A stretch of DNA of 64,000 nucleotides, taken from assembly GCA_951406725.2 (NCBI GenBank), contig OX597819.1, positions 91,512,001 to 91,576,000 of the forward strand, read 5' to 3'. A model generated the notes under the pieces. The model made no database searches, was not told where the DNA came from, and saw only the letters and a list, made by a program, of their open reading frames with translations. This DNA comes from Octopus vulgaris (taxonomy: Eukaryota). The position numbers and the translations under genes were made by a program. Below are positions 13,486 through 28,052 of this stretch, one piece after another (within the stretch, counting starts at the first letter, position 1; each line of letters begins with the position of its first letter).

Positions 13486-16400
13486 GTTAAGAATTTAATA
13501 TTACAATAATGTGATTCCAGGTTTGGTTCTTTCTGCATGGCAAGTGTCTTCTAGCAGAGTCAAGAATCATCTAAAGCCCATCATATGTAAGTGAAATTTA
13601 GTGGATGGAAATTCTGAATATGCCTAAAATACTCCAGCCATCATCATCATCATCATTTTACATTCATTTTTCTATGTGAGCATGGATTTGTTCTAGCACA
13701 ACTTTTTGTTATTTTGTTGAGGCCCTTCAACATCTGATACACAAAATAACAGAAAATCATCAATGCTTGTTCTGTTGTACCTCATGCATTTTGGGTTTTT
13801 ATGGTCAGATACCCTTTCTATCATCATCCACTTTACGGCATAGACTTCATTCAATTTCTCATGTCACTAACAGTAAAGAGTTTGTCAAGACCAAAACATC
13901 TCCGTTAGTTTTTATTCTGAGATTTTGCTTTTCTAGATAGATTAAATATACTGCAGCTTGTGAATATACTGTGAATTGTTGTTGTGACCCCCTTCGGTCA
14001 TGAATGAACATGGGATTGCACCTAGAAAGTTACCCTCCGAGGCACAAGTCTGTGTGAGGTTGTTTATGGAAAACCAGCAGTCGCCTACGCATACCAGCTC
14101 CCCTCTCCATGTCACTGATGTTATCCAAGGGAAACAGCATGGCACCAGTGACGTCGCAGCTCATTTATTAACATGCAAGTGGCTGAACATTCCACAGACA
14201 TGTGTACCCTTAACGTAGTTCTCAGGGAGATTCAGTGTGACACAGAGTGTGACAAGGCTGGCTCTTTGAAATACAGGTACAACAGAAACAGGAAGAAAGA
14301 GTGAGAGAAAGTTGTGGTGAAAAAGTACAGCAGGGTTCACCACCACCTCCTGCCAGAGCCTCATGGAGCTTAAGGTGTTTTCGCTCAATAAACACTCACA
14401 ATGCCTGGTCTGGGAATCGAAACCGTGATCCTACGACCGTGAGTCCACTGCCCTAACCACTGGGCCATTGCACCTCCACATACTGTGAATATACTGCAGT
14501 TTGTGAAGTTTACATCTCCTTTCTCCTTCATGTAATTAACACTGCACCTCATACACTGTTAGACTTATTTAGAGTATCCAGTATGTCTTCACTATGGCTG
14601 TGAACTTACATCTATAGTTGCTGCATAGCGGAATCAGTAGAATGTTAGATGTATAAGATATTTGGTTACTTCCCTCTATGTTCTGAGTTCAAATTCCACC
14701 CAGACCCACTTTGTTTTTTACATTTCCAAGGTTGATAAAATAAGTGTTGGGATTGATGTAATTAGCTATGTCCTAAAAGGTGATGCCCAATTATGGCTAG
14801 TCTGATGAATGAAACCAATAGAATCCTCATTTTCACTACTTTCTTATTGGTGTAGTTACTAGTATGGTAAATTTGTTACTGCTGAATAATTTGATCCATC
14901 TGTGTGTGTGCGTGTGTGCATGTATGTATATATATATATGTATATACATGACTGGCTTCCACACAGCTTCTGTCAACTAAATTCACCCATAAGGCATTGG
15001 TTGGCCAAGGGCTATAGTAGATATAGTAGAAGACACTTGCACAAAATGCCAGACAGGGGGACTGAACCTGAAATCATGTGGTTGCAAAGGAAGCTTCTTA
15101 ACCATACAGACATGCCTGTGTCTACTGTAAAAGAATTTGCTTCAACTTGAATCCCCAAAACAAAGAAAATTATATTCTTGACGAGATTAACTAATTTTTT
15201 TCCTAGTACAAAAACAAAAAATAGCTGACAAACTTCTATATGGTTGCTTTGACCACTTTGAATACATCAAAGTCTTTTGTAAATCACACGCTATTGTCTT
15301 GAAAAAAAAAGTAGGACTTACTGGATAATAAAGTTTGAGATAAAGAATGTCTGAAATAATAAATTAGTCTCAACTTGAACAGACCTACGATTGATTCAAG
15401 CTGTCAATATTTTGTTTTAATCAAAGCTGACCTGAGCCCAAACGTCTTTAAATCAATTAAAACCAATTAATCCTCTCATAACAATTAAAATTAGCTCAAG
15501 GTGATTTGATACTTAAGAAAAACAATTCATTTTACAACCATGTTTTAGAAACAAAACCTTGTATAAGTAGCAAAATAAAAAAAAACAAACTAAAAAACTA
15601 AATGTAAAAAGAAATTTATTAACCAGAACTGGTCTAGTTTGATTTTTTAAGATAGGATGGTATGAATTTGAGAATGATTTTGCTGCAATATTCAGAAGCT
15701 CAAGTGAGCACATAGAGTTTCCCTCGTTAGCTTCTTTTTTTTATTGTATATAATAAAGGTGCATGTGTAAAGAATCATATACTCTCCTGATCATTACTGG
15801 GATTCCTGAGATCATAGGTCTACTTTAACAAGTCTGACCTGGGGCTAAAGAACAACAATAAATCATACAACATTGCTTTTGTTGGCTGAAGAACAAATAA
15901 GATAAAATTTATGTATTTCTAGGTTTGGAGCTGGGGGGTGAGGGCAGTCTTGCTGGAAGTATAAGGTCACAAACTATGTGGTTGCAAAGGAAGCTTCTTA
16001 ACTATACAGACATACCTGTGTCTACTGTAAAAGAATTTGCTTCAACTTCAATCAATAAATTTCAAGCCACTTACAGCCAACAACCCTCCTTAGTACCATC
16101 CACCCCTAGCACTGCTTGCACCAAGGTCACCGTCACAAATTAACCCCCATAAACAGCACCACAAATCACCAATCCCCAACACTTCTCCATGCTTGTCCAC
16201 CTGCATACTCTCACCCTTTGTACATCACCCATTGTGCATGACCATATGAATATGTATGTGTGTGCATGTGTGCATATGCATTTGCTCACCATATACATGT
16301 GCACAGAAGTGTGTGCATGGGCATACATGTGTACACGTGCACGTGGGTGTACACGTACATGCATGCATGCCCATATATATGCGAAGTCATGTGTGTGTAT

Positions 16401-16499
16401 GTATGTACATGTACACACTTGTTTGTGCACATGCGTGTGCATGTGCTTATGTGCATATGCACATGGAGATAAAGGTGTGCACACACATGTGTGTGTGTA

Positions 16500-16915
16500 C
16501 AGAGCAAAGTTAAGCAGAGAATCTGCATCAAATTTTACCAAAAGCTTGGTGATACCTGCTCAGTGGCCTACGCAAAGTTTTCAAAACGTTTTCATCGTTC
16601 TCAACAAAATCAAGGAGATCTTGTGCAACTGAAACCCATGTGTCCTTTTGGTCAGCTAAAAGCAGTTTTGGCACAGACTTCGCAGACACAAGTCTCACAC
16701 CCAAATCTGCAGTGATAATGGACTGAACTGAACTGTAACTAATCTGCATATCCTCCGATAACTCACAAATGGTGATTTGATGATTTCCCCTCACAGCTGC
16801 ATGCACATCTGCAATGTTTTTCTCAGTTCTGTTGGTTGCAGGTCTTCCAGAATGTTCGTCAATATCGACATTTTTTCGGTCATCTCAGAAATGTCTGACC
16901 CACTCGTACACTTGT
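16500..16915. mobile_element. Internal part of the same mariner-derived element
   Basis: Colinear with 57870-58275 (QRICIKF.QKLGDTC on +, QITICELSED..ISYSSVQSI on -). Confidence 0.75.
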
Positions 16916-17324
16916 GTGTGTGTGTGCTTAAACAAAGGATAAATAAGCTTTTTGTCTTTTTTGTCTTAAGCAGTTTGAGTGGCATTTTTATCCAAATAGG
17001 CCAGGTGTTTATTGATTCCAGTATATATAAGAGATGTAAGCTGTTTATTGAAAAATGAAACAAAGAGCAAAAGATTTCCTATTGGTTGTTTTGATGATAA
17101 GTTTATCTAAATATGTCAAGCTGTGGATTAATTTCAATAAATTGTTGGTTTGTTTGAATTTGGGGAAATTCTTCAATGGTTGACTGGTTTTTGTTCAAAA
17201 TATGTCAATGTTTTTATGTTTTTCTTATACATTCATTGAATCTGTTGAGGTTTTTGACAAACAAAATTTTATCCTTCCTGTGAACAAAAAGAAAAAGTTG
17301 TAATAACTCATAATCATTATAATC

Positions 17325-17770
17325 ATCATCATCATCCTTTAATGTCTGTTTTCCATACTAGTGTGGGTTGGACAGTTTGACCGGAGCTGGAAAGCCAGAG
17401 AGCTGCACCTGGTTCCAGTCTGATTTGACTTGGTTTTTACAGCTGGATGCCCTTCCTAATGCCAAACACATTACAGTGTGTGCTGGGTTCTTTTAACATG
17501 CTACTGGCACAAGCATCTTTATGTGGCTCTGGCATGAGAGTTTTTTTTTACATGGCACCGGCACAGGACCCTTGCAAGCCAATTCTCTTCACAAGGCAAT
17601 GTGGCCTTAACACTTCCACTGTAGAGGGTACATCTTCTTGAGTACAGGTATCTTGGTCCTTTGTCATCTCATCCAAAAGATTCAGCATTCTGAGGTCGTC
17701 TTTTAGTATTTTGTCCCATCTCTTCCTGGGTCCTCTTCTTCCATGAGTCTCACCCACTTGGAGTACAGAT
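17325..17770 (-). mobile_element. RTE LINE 3' fragment
   Basis: GRRGPRKRWDKILKDDLR segment, 3'UTR and (GAT)n tail on the minus strand. Confidence 0.7.
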
Positions 17771-18507
17771 GACAAAACATCAAGGGAGTTTGAATGTTAT
17801 TGTTTGTGGTGTAATTGTAATCACCATGACCGACCAGGCTATCAGATGTTGCTACACATCGCTGGTCACAATGCGCTTCACATTGTTTTAGCCTTCAAAT
17901 GACGCCACCCTGCTGGCTAAGCGAGCAGGCCAAGAGAAGAAAGAGTGAGAGAAAGTGGTGGTGAAAGAGTACAGCTGGGATCACCACCACCCACTAACGG
18001 AGCCTCGTGGAGCTTTAGGCATTTTTGCTCAATAAACACTCACAACGCCCGGTCTGGGAATTGAAACCACGATCCTACGACTGCAAGTCCACTGCCCTAA
18101 CCACTGGGCCATTACACCTCCGTAATTGTAATAGCAATTAAAAAGTTAGCTACTGATTGTTGTATTGCTGTCACTGATTGTTCATTGTGGTTGTTGTCAG
18201 CTCAAGCCAGTTGCCATCTGTTGACCATCTCCTATAGCAGCTGTGTCTGCCCTCTCCAGACTCTCTGTCAAGTGGTCTAGGTGTGCTGAACTTATACTGA
18301 TGGTTAGGCTCAGAAAGAAGCATGCCAAAAGATGAAATCATCACTGGAACCTATTCCACACAAAATCATGACTGGTTAGATATTTTCATTCATCATGTGG
18401 GTAGTATTGTAACAAACAAAATGCGACCTCGGGTGTAATGATTTGACTGTTGAATATTTCTACTACACATGTATCAAATGCATTTGAGTGGTGTTTGAGC
18501 ATGTATA

Positions 18508-18545
<38 letters not shown>

Positions 18546-20227
18546 TGTGTGTTTGTACATGCATATGTGCTGATTGTTTTAAAATGATTTTTTTCTTTCA
18601 GAAATTTGTTTTAATAACAACAGTAAAAATGTAAAGTTCCTTCCTGAACTATACAGATCCATAAGGCCAGATCCTGGTTTCCATGAGTTATATATTCCCC
18701 ACCTCACTGGGCAGGACACCAGTCTGTCACAATATTACTCATTTTTTCAAGCTGAGTGGACCGGAGCAACATAAAATGAAGTGTTTTGCTCAAGAACACG
18801 ATGCATTGCCCGGTCCAGGAATCAAAACCACAATCTTACAATCATGAGTCCAACATTCTAACAACTAAGTCATGTACCTCCACATTAACAACAGTAACAG
18901 CATCATTAATATCTGGCAGTGACCCACTTTTGGTCCATCTGGAAAAGACATTTTTTCATAAAATTTCCTGTGTTACTATAAATAGAATCTTTGCACATTT
19001 AATTTTGGAATAAATATTTTAATGAATTGTTTTACCATTTCCTTCTGGCACTTTAAATTACCGTTTTACTATTCATAAAATGCGGAAATTATGAATTTGT
19101 TATTTCTCCAGATTTCTAGATGTTCACTTAATGAAATCCTCTGTAATTGTGTAATTTGTTGTTTATATATCTTTTATCTATTCCTTGTTTCAGTCATTAG
19201 ACTACAGCCATGCTTGAGCACCGACTTGGAAAATTTTAGCTAAATGAATCAACCCCAATATTTATTTTTAAAAAAAACCTAGTATTAAATCAGTTGGTCT
19301 CTTTTGCATGACCACTATGTTATGGGGATGTAAACACACCAAGACTGGTTGTCAAGTGGTGGTGATGGACAAATACAGACACAAAAGCAAGATAAACAGC
19401 ACATGACCTTGCAGGTGGAGCCCAGTTAGAAGTTTCTTCTGTTTGAGTAACCCATCCCGCTCAAAAGGTCCCTGAATAAGGGTTGTTTAAAGATGTTGAA
19501 CGAACCACCCCTGTTTCCAAAGGTGAATTACCCAAACCTCCAAGAATTCCTCTCAACACATGGCTATGATGCTCCCCCACTACTTTTGCTTGTGGTCAGA
19601 GATGCACATATCGTCAGCCACAAAGGGACATGGTCAACAGGTTAAGGTCAAATAACTGACAAGCAAATCTGTGGTATTGAGCAGAATATTTGCTGTAGCC
19701 CATATTTTATACCAAGACAAAACAATGTACATGATAACATTTCCAATCAGTTAATTATCATAATTATTATTTAAGGCAGCGAGCTGGCTGAATTGTTAGC
19801 ATGCTAGGCAAAATGCTTAGCACATTTCATCTGAGTTCAAATTCTGCCGAGGTCAACTTTGTCTTTCATCCTTTTGTAGTCAATAAATTAAGTACCAGTG
19901 AAACACTGGGGTCGATGTAATCAACTATTTCCCTCCCACTAAATTTCAGGCCTTGTGCCTATAGTAAAAAGGATTATTATTATCATTATTATTATTATAA
20001 ATTAGGTGGCAAACTAGCAGAATCGTTAGCATGCTGGGCAGAATACTTAGCAGTATTTTGTCTGTCTGCACATTCTGGATTCAGATTCCGCCAAGGTCGA
20101 CTTTGCCTTTCATCCTTTTGGGGCTTGATAAATTAAGTACCAGTTGAACACTGGGATCAATATAATCGACTAGCACCCTCCCCTAAAATACTTGGCCTTG
20201 CGCCAAAATTTGAAACCATTATTGTTG

Positions 20228-20280
<53 letters not shown>

Positions 20281-20774
20281 TGCTGATGACATAGTCAAAT
20301 GTCTTTTCCAAGTAGTTACTCAAAGCAAAGGATTTTTTTACAAATACTACCAGCATTACAGTTTTATTGAACTTACTTGCATATAGATAACTTTGGAAGG
20401 ATTGTTGTCTAGCCATATAAATTTAGGCAAAGAAAAAAAAAAAAAAGTTTTCTTATCAAATTTTATTTTTTCTTCATGTCTCCATTTCTCAGGAAAAAAC
20501 AAGGGCTAAAGTTCTGAGCAACATTCCCATAAAGAAAATTAACAATTATAAATTAGGACATGCTCACATGTAGGAAACAAGGATGGTCATATAATTGAAC
20601 AGCAAAAATGTTGTACATGATCAAATAGAAAAAACTATTTTAACAACTAAAATGTACACTATTTTTAGGACAGTGTGTAGGCAGAATTAGGGTTAGGGTG
20701 GTGGACCAGATGCCAATCAGGATTTTTCCAGTTCTGAATTCAAATTCTGCCATCATGGACTTTGACTTTTGCCC

Positions 20775-20776
<2 letters not shown>

Positions 20777-20872
<96 letters not shown>

Positions 20873-21031
20873 GTATATATACATATATATACATACGTAT
20901 ATATATACATATATATACAGACATACATAAATACATATACATGTATATGCATACATACATATACATATATGCATACATACCTATATATATATACATACAT
21001 ACATATATAATATACATACATATATATATAC

Positions 21032-21107
<76 letters not shown>

Positions 21108-21170
21108 CATATATAATATACATACATATATATATATGTATATGTATATATATATACATACATATACATG
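20777..21170. repeat. Compound (TG)n/(TA)n/(TACA)n microsatellite
   Basis: Directly visible; similar tracts at 22460-22730, 23030-23180, 24890-25420 and 37090-37262. Confidence 0.95.
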
Positions 21171-21482
21171 TAGTGGAAAAGGTGTAGCAAAAGATGTTGA
21201 GGTAGCAGATGAAATAGGCATGCGGAAGATGTCAAAGTAAAACAATTGGAAAACATTGGATTGCAGTTTAAATAATTTACTTAAACGACTCTTGCATTTA
21301 CTACATGATATTACCTACTTTACTACAAGCTGGTCAAGAAGAAATTAACAGGGTAAATAGTGTGTCGATATGATGAGGTAGAACTGAACATATTTTGTGT
21401 CTGCATGTGTGTTGGTCATTCGGCAGTGTCTGTTTATGTTCTGCAACTGCTACTGTCATTCATGTTGAATATCTGAATCTGT

Positions 21483-21868
21483 GGATGGAAGCACTCCGTC
21501 GGTTACGACGATGAGGTTTCCGGTTGATCCGATCAACGGAACAGCCTGCTCGTGAAATTAATGTGTAAGTGGCTGAGCACTCCACAGACACGTATACCCT
21601 TAACGTAGTTCTCGGGGATATTCAGCGTGACACAGAGAGTGACAAGGCCGGCCCTTTGAAATACAAGTACAACAGAAACAGGAAGTAAGAGTGAGAGAAA
21701 GTTGTGGTGAAAGAGTACAGCAGAGATCACCACCATCCCTGCCGGAGCCTCGTGGAGCTTTAGATGTTTTCGCTCAATAAACACTCACAACACCCGGTCT
21801 GGGAATCGAAACCACGATCCTACGACCGCGAGTCCGCTGCCCTAACCACTGGGCCATTGCGCCTCCAA
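21483..21868 (-). mobile_element. tRNA-derived SINE family B
   Basis: Head ggaggcgcaatggcccagtggttagggcagcggac...ggtttcgattccc; 12-bp TSD atctgaatctgt. Relatives at ~13977-14479, 17820-18122 and 41370-41570. Confidence 0.85.
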
Positions 21869-22461
21869 ATCTGAATCTGTATTGCTTGTTTAACTGGCAA
21901 AGTTACTGCGTGGCTGTCTTGTGGCTATCTCTCTCTGTCTGTCTGCCGTCCTTTGACGTTTTGCTGCATTTATAATGGTCATGACAGTTAGAAGGACAGA
22001 CATACCACAGGAGAAATTCCTACCTATGTACATCACCTCTTGTCCACTTGAACCTTAAATGACATGGCTGAGGTAGAAGGTTGAAGGAAAACAATCCATC
22101 ATTTTTTGACAGAACAGAGAAATTTCTTTCATGCCTATTTGGTCAGTGGCTGGTACTTATTCTATCAGTTTCTTCTTGTCAAACCAGTAAGTTATGGGGG
22201 TGTAAATAAAGGAACAGCAGTTGTGAAGCAGTGATGAGGGAGAAATACAGAGACAACAACACACACATACACTTACATATATACATACATATATATACGA
22301 TTGATTTCTTTCAGTTTCTGTCTACGAAATCCACTCACAAGGTTTTGGTTGGTCTGAGGCTATAGCAGAAGACACATGTCAAGTCACCACATGGTAGGAC
22401 TGAACCCAGGACCATGTGTTTTGGAACCAAGTTTCTTACCACACTGCCACACCTGCACATA

Positions 22462-22499
<38 letters not shown>

Positions 22500-22628
22500 G
22501 GTGTATATATATGTATGCATGCATATATGTGTACATATTACATGTACATCTATACATATATATCTACACATATACATATACATTTATATATATACATGTA
22601 TATGTATATACATCTGTATATATATCTA

Positions 22629-22674
<46 letters not shown>

Positions 22675-23050
22675 ATATATATATATTATAGATATATATG
22701 TATATATGTATGTATGCCTGTATATATGTGAGATAATAGTTCCACTTTAATAGTTTCAGTATTAAAGTGAAATTATTAAAATGTGAAAATATCTGACATT
22801 ACAATAGAGAGATATTATTGTTTCACTTTTGACACAATACTGAAATAGTGGAGGAGATATGATATTGCTCTGGGCTTGCACTAGGCAAGAAGTTAAAATT
22901 TTTTTGGGCCTATAACACTACATGGACCCTAAGTAAGGCATGTGTAAAATTTGAATGAAATTGGTTGTGTACTTCTCAAGTTTTAGGGATCCACACAAAC
23001 ACACAGACAGACACACATCCTCATCTTTACACACACACACACACACACAT

Positions 23051-23088
<38 letters not shown>

Positions 23089-23099
23089 GCATATATTAA

Positions 23100-23177
<78 letters not shown>

Positions 23178-24391
23178 ATATGCATATTAAATGCTCAGTT
23201 GCATTTCTTCCAACTCTTAAATTTTGAGTTCAAATGCCACCGTTCTTCTGGACTTGATAAAATAAGTACCACTTGAACACGGATGTCAATGTAGTTGACT
23301 ACAAGATTAGACTTTTTTTTTCATGACACGTAAAATGATTCCTATCGCACAGAATATAATCAATCATTTGGTAAATATCAAGATTAGAACAATGCAGTCT
23401 TAGAAAACTCCGTGCTTCCCGAAATTTCCCGATACTACTCCTGATGTCCTTGTGGCCCCGCTTCTTTCCTCTTTGACTCATCACTTTCCTCTTTCGTGCT
23501 TTATTCTATGCACTGTACATGTACTTTAAACTTTTATTTTTGTTCTTTACTTAACTGCCGCTTTCTATCTTATCTTTAACCCATCTCTCACGAACTGTGC
23601 ACATGAGCACTGTATAACAATAATTTTGTTATTATTAAACAAAAGGCGGCGAACTGGCAGTAATCATTCGCACGCCAGTTATAGCGCTGTGCGGCATTTC
23701 GACCGTCTTTACGTTCTGACTTCAAATTCCGCCGCGGTAAACTTTGCCTTTCATTCAGGTCGATAAAATAAGTATCAGTTAAGCAATGAGGATTTATGTA
23801 ATTGACTAGCCCCTCTCCCACAGAATTTCGGGTCATGTGCCTATAGAAAAAAAAAAAAATTATTGCAAAACGAAGACAAACTGTTTAAGCTGTCTCCCAA
23901 AGAATGGCTTTTCAAACAAGCAAACTTTCTTATTACGTAAGACGATAATCATAGATAATCTACACCACATGTAAACGATATTCGAATAAACACAGTCCCT
24001 GGATTGACAATGTATAACCAATTGAAGCACTTGATGTTGCATTGATGTTTTTTCTTTCTTTTCTTTCTCTTTTTATTTTGCTTTTTTTTTTCCTGTCTTT
24101 CTTTTGTACTATTTATGTGTCATATACGTTCGTGTTATATGTGTAATAAAATTAACGCGAAATAAAAAGCTGTATTATACATATCTTCTCATATTCTAAC
24201 GGCACATGATAATTCTCTAGAGGGAAAAGAAAGCCGGACACTAATCAGACGATCGGTTATTTAGATACTTTAATGTTTAGTAAATCTTATTCTTAAAATT
24301 TTAAAAGATCTGTCCGTCACCATCACATGATCAAACAATGTATATATATATGTAAACAATCGGTAAGAAAAAATGAACAAAACCCCTTTAC

Positions 24392-24534
24392 CTGACTTCT
24401 CTCGGATATTTGGACGAAAAATTGGATTTGAAGCAAGGATTCCGTCGCAGCAATTTCGCTAAATCACCACCTAAAGTTACTGAAGCACAAAAAGTAAAGA
24501 AAATTACCAGTGACAAAACAACAAAATGATTCAT
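24392..24534 (-). CDS. CTSZ: Cathepsin Z/X, coding exon 1 (signal peptide + short propeptide)
   Basis: ATG at 24534 reads MNHFVVLSLVIFFTFCASVTLGGDLAKLLRRNPCFKSNFSSKYPREV(R): hydrophobic signal peptide, then the propeptide Cys. Ends at donor AG|GTAAAG; 143 nt, phase 2, matching exon 2. Confidence 0.88.
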
Positions 24535-24625
24535 CGTGGAGTTTGATTCACCTCGAAGTTGACGCTAATTGATAAAGTGTTCGTCTGATACTACCACAGA
24601 GTTACTTCCCTTTATATCTAAGCGT
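24535..24625 (-). promoter_or_regulatory. Candidate CTSZ 5'UTR / core promoter
   Basis: CpG-containing unique sequence immediately 5' of the ATG, containing a GGGAAGTAACTC motif (minus strand). Confidence 0.4.
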
Positions 24626-25031
24626 GTGTTTGTGTGTAAGCGTGTGTATGTGTGAGTGTGTACGTTCGTACGCTTTCAGTCGTCCAATTTTTTTATTAGT
24701 TTCAGTTTTTCTTTGTACTGCCCTGTTGCTGGGGCACCGCCTTCATTAGTCTAGTCGATCCTATCGATATCGACACATATATTAGTCTGGTTCTGATCTC
24801 GTGAATCTTAGTTCGTCAAGTCACTATGTTATCTCGCTGCTAACATTAACACGGTTACACAGAAACCTATGCACGCACTCTTGTACGCAAAAATACATAC
24901 ACACATATGAATGTAAACGCATACATATATATACGTACGTATATACATGCATACATTCATACATACATACACACACACACACATACATACATGCATACAT
25001 ACATACATACATACATACATACATACATACA

Positions 25032-25062
<31 letters not shown>

Positions 25063-25928
25063 CTAATGTAGGATAAAAATATTTTCAAAAAAAAATTCCT
25101 TTCGAAAAATTTTTTATCAATGGCCAGCATATTAAAAAATACCTCTAAAGGTTAAATTTATAAACAATTCATTAAATAAGGGCAAACGAAAAAATTTCTA
25201 ATGTCAAATATGCCGAAAAATTGGACATATTGTCCATTAACCATATAGTTTTTTCACATACATACATACATACATACATACATACATACATACATACATA
25301 CATACATACATACATACATACATACGTACGTACGTACATACATACATACATACATACATACATACATACATACATACACACACACATACATACATACATA
25401 CACACACACATACATACATCATTATCTCAATTTTTGAAAAATAACTTTTGCTGTCTCTAAATTGTACTCCTCCCACCTGCTATCTCAACTCTAAATCCGC
25501 CCCTCGCGCTGTGTGTGTGTGGGTACTGTACATGGAATTAAAAAATATTGGTCAAAAGAAAATTTGTGTGGGGCGATGTAGATTGAAAATAATTTGGAAA
25601 AGTTTTTTTCCTTATGGTAGGTGGAGTAGGATTTGAAAATAAATAGATATGACATCGCCGAATGTCAACGTGTTCATTTTCACTTTCTGATAATAAAACG
25701 AATATCGCGCGCGCACGCACACACACACACACATTCTATTATTCTATTATGGGTTAACGTTAAGCTTGTTTATTTTAAACTTACTTTCAGGTCCTGTCCC
25801 TGGAATCGGGCCTGGTTCTGTAGAGAGTTGAACAGTTGCCGTTCTTTGGGGTTTTTTGCTATGATGTGGTTCATCTGGTGTATCACATAAAAATTTGGCT
25901 AAATGTTCTTTGAAAACATCCACATCTA

Positions 25929-27217
25929 CGAGGGTCAACTGAAAAATTCATAGGCTGATCAAGACGCTCTTATGTAATGAGGTTTATTTTTTAGCATAGT
26001 TCCCCATACGGTCCACACACACTTCTTCCATCGGTATTGCAGTGCTATGATCCCATTGGTGAAGAAACTTTCGTTCGTTTGATCCCAAAAGAGTCGCCAC
26101 CAGCGGATGACGTCATCATCACTGCGATACTGGTTTCCCGCCAAGTGTTTTGTCATGGTGAGGAACAAATGATAGTCAGATGGGGCCAAATCGGGAGAAC
26201 AGGAAAGGTGCTCAACCAGTTTAAAGCCACAACAGTCACCAAAACGAAAGGTTTGTTCGCTGGAGTATAATCTTGATGAAACAAAACCCCTTCCTTTTTC
26301 TGGGTTTTGATCTTGATAGCTTTTCGTAACTACCTCAGCAAGTTGGCACAGTACTCTCCATTGATTGTGTGACCCTTTTGAAGATAGCCAGTAAACACAA
26401 TGCTTTCTGCATCCCCCAAAGCTGAGGCCACCACCTTCCCTGCAGATGAAACTATTTTGGTCTTATTTGGAGCAGATGTGAAGGGGTGTTTGCTCTACAT
26501 GGACTGTCTCTTTGCCTCTCGTTTAAAGTGGTGAAACTAACACTCATCCTGGGTAAGGAAACCTTCAAGGAAACTAGCTGAACCTACATAAAACAATCTC
26601 AGATTTTTCCGTGGTGTGATCAGCCTGGTGCACCTTTGATCAGGTGTCAGAAAATGTGGCCTACACCAAGCAGAAACCTTCGTCATGCCAAGTTCATTGT
26701 GCAAAATATTCTCAACTCCATCACGAAATATACAAATATCATTGGCTATTTGATTTATAATCAATCGCCTGTCATCCATCACCATGTGATGAATATGATC
26801 AATGTTTTCCTCAATATTTGTAGTTGTAGGACGTCCAGACCTCGGGTCATCTTCAAGATTCTCTCTTTTCCTCTTAAATTCTGCTGCCCACATTCGCACT
26901 GTTGATAAAGCCGGAGTATCATCCCCTAATGTAACATCCATGTCAGCTTGAATGTCCTTGTGAGATGGGGGAGGGCAGGGTGCTAAATCCTTTTTCTGTA
27001 AGTACTTGATAACAGCACGATGCGAAATTTTGTCCATTTTCAAAAGAAGTCGCTACTAGTTACTTTTAAAGTGTTCTTTGAACATTCAGATACTAGATTA
27101 CTCGGAAAGAAACAATGCAGTTATCAATAAGACGGGTTGAAATTAATGCATGCGGGATTTCACAGCTCTAGCATCACTCTTTCATAGTCAGCCTATGAAC
27201 TTTTTAGTCCACCCTCG
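25929..27217 (-). mobile_element. Full-length decayed mariner (DD34D) transposon, ~1.29 kb
   Basis: ~30-bp TIRs (cgagggtcaactgaaaaattcataggctga / tcagcctatgaactttttagtccaccctcg); TA on the left, TG on the right. Transposase MDKISHRAVIKYL...DDPRSGRP...TQDE and SPDLAPSDYHLF, with stops and frameshifts. Confidence 0.93.
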
Positions 27218-27837
27218 TGTATATCTATCAAACTGAATATCTTTCGCGTCTTCTCTCGTGGGTGAAGAGCCTCAGCTCTTTTAGCTTCTCCCGGTAGTCC
27301 ATCTGTTGGAACGTGGAAATCTGATTGGGATTGTGGTTTTGGATTGCCACTGAGCACAAATGTTCTCCGTAAGAGCAACATGGTTTCCCTTTTCCGTATT
27401 CTGAATGATCTCAGAATCCAACCGGCACATTGTTACCATCTTAGTAAATTGCACGCGGAATGATACGTCGCCATTCAAGTGAATTCGCAGGTCACGCATC
27501 GACTTGTCTTTGAGTGTAGGATTACAATGTTATATGATCTTGAGTATCCTGATTGAAATCTGTTGGTAGATCGACGTAGGAGTATTTAAAACTTGTCAGC
27601 ATTAAATTGCATATTGTTTTCTTTAGCCCACTTGTAGACTACGATCAAATTTTTCTGTTGTTTTGAGTTATCTTCAGGTCCTTAATTGCTTCTTATACTT
27701 TTATATCATCACCACAGATGGTTAGAATGGCTGATTGTATGACAAAATGCATGTCCGAGAGAGAGAGAGAGACACCACGGACATTAGTGGTCCTTATACA
27801 GTTTCCTGAAAGATCTACTGAGTATTGATGTCTCCTC

Positions 27838-27906
<69 letters not shown>

Positions 27907-28052
27907 CTGTTGAGAAATTTTGTTGAAACTTGTTAAATTTGTTGAAACTTGTTGGAATTATTGTTATCACGCGAACCCGTTATTTTCTGCTGCAGTTGTT
28001 TTTACTGTACTTTTCCCACATTTTGGGTGAAAAAGAGAAACGGAGCCGTATT

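Noticed and set aside
20640-21256. Long YI/CV/TH-rich ORFs (also at 5.6, 22.4, 25, 37 and 38 kb)
   Set aside because: Translations of dinucleotide and tetranucleotide microsatellites.
25745-27700. Host gene fragments flanking the mariner
   Set aside because: Short broken frames (e.g. VFKEHLAKFLCDTPDEP) look like a highly decayed CR1-group LINE interrupted by the mariner; no splice-consistent exons.
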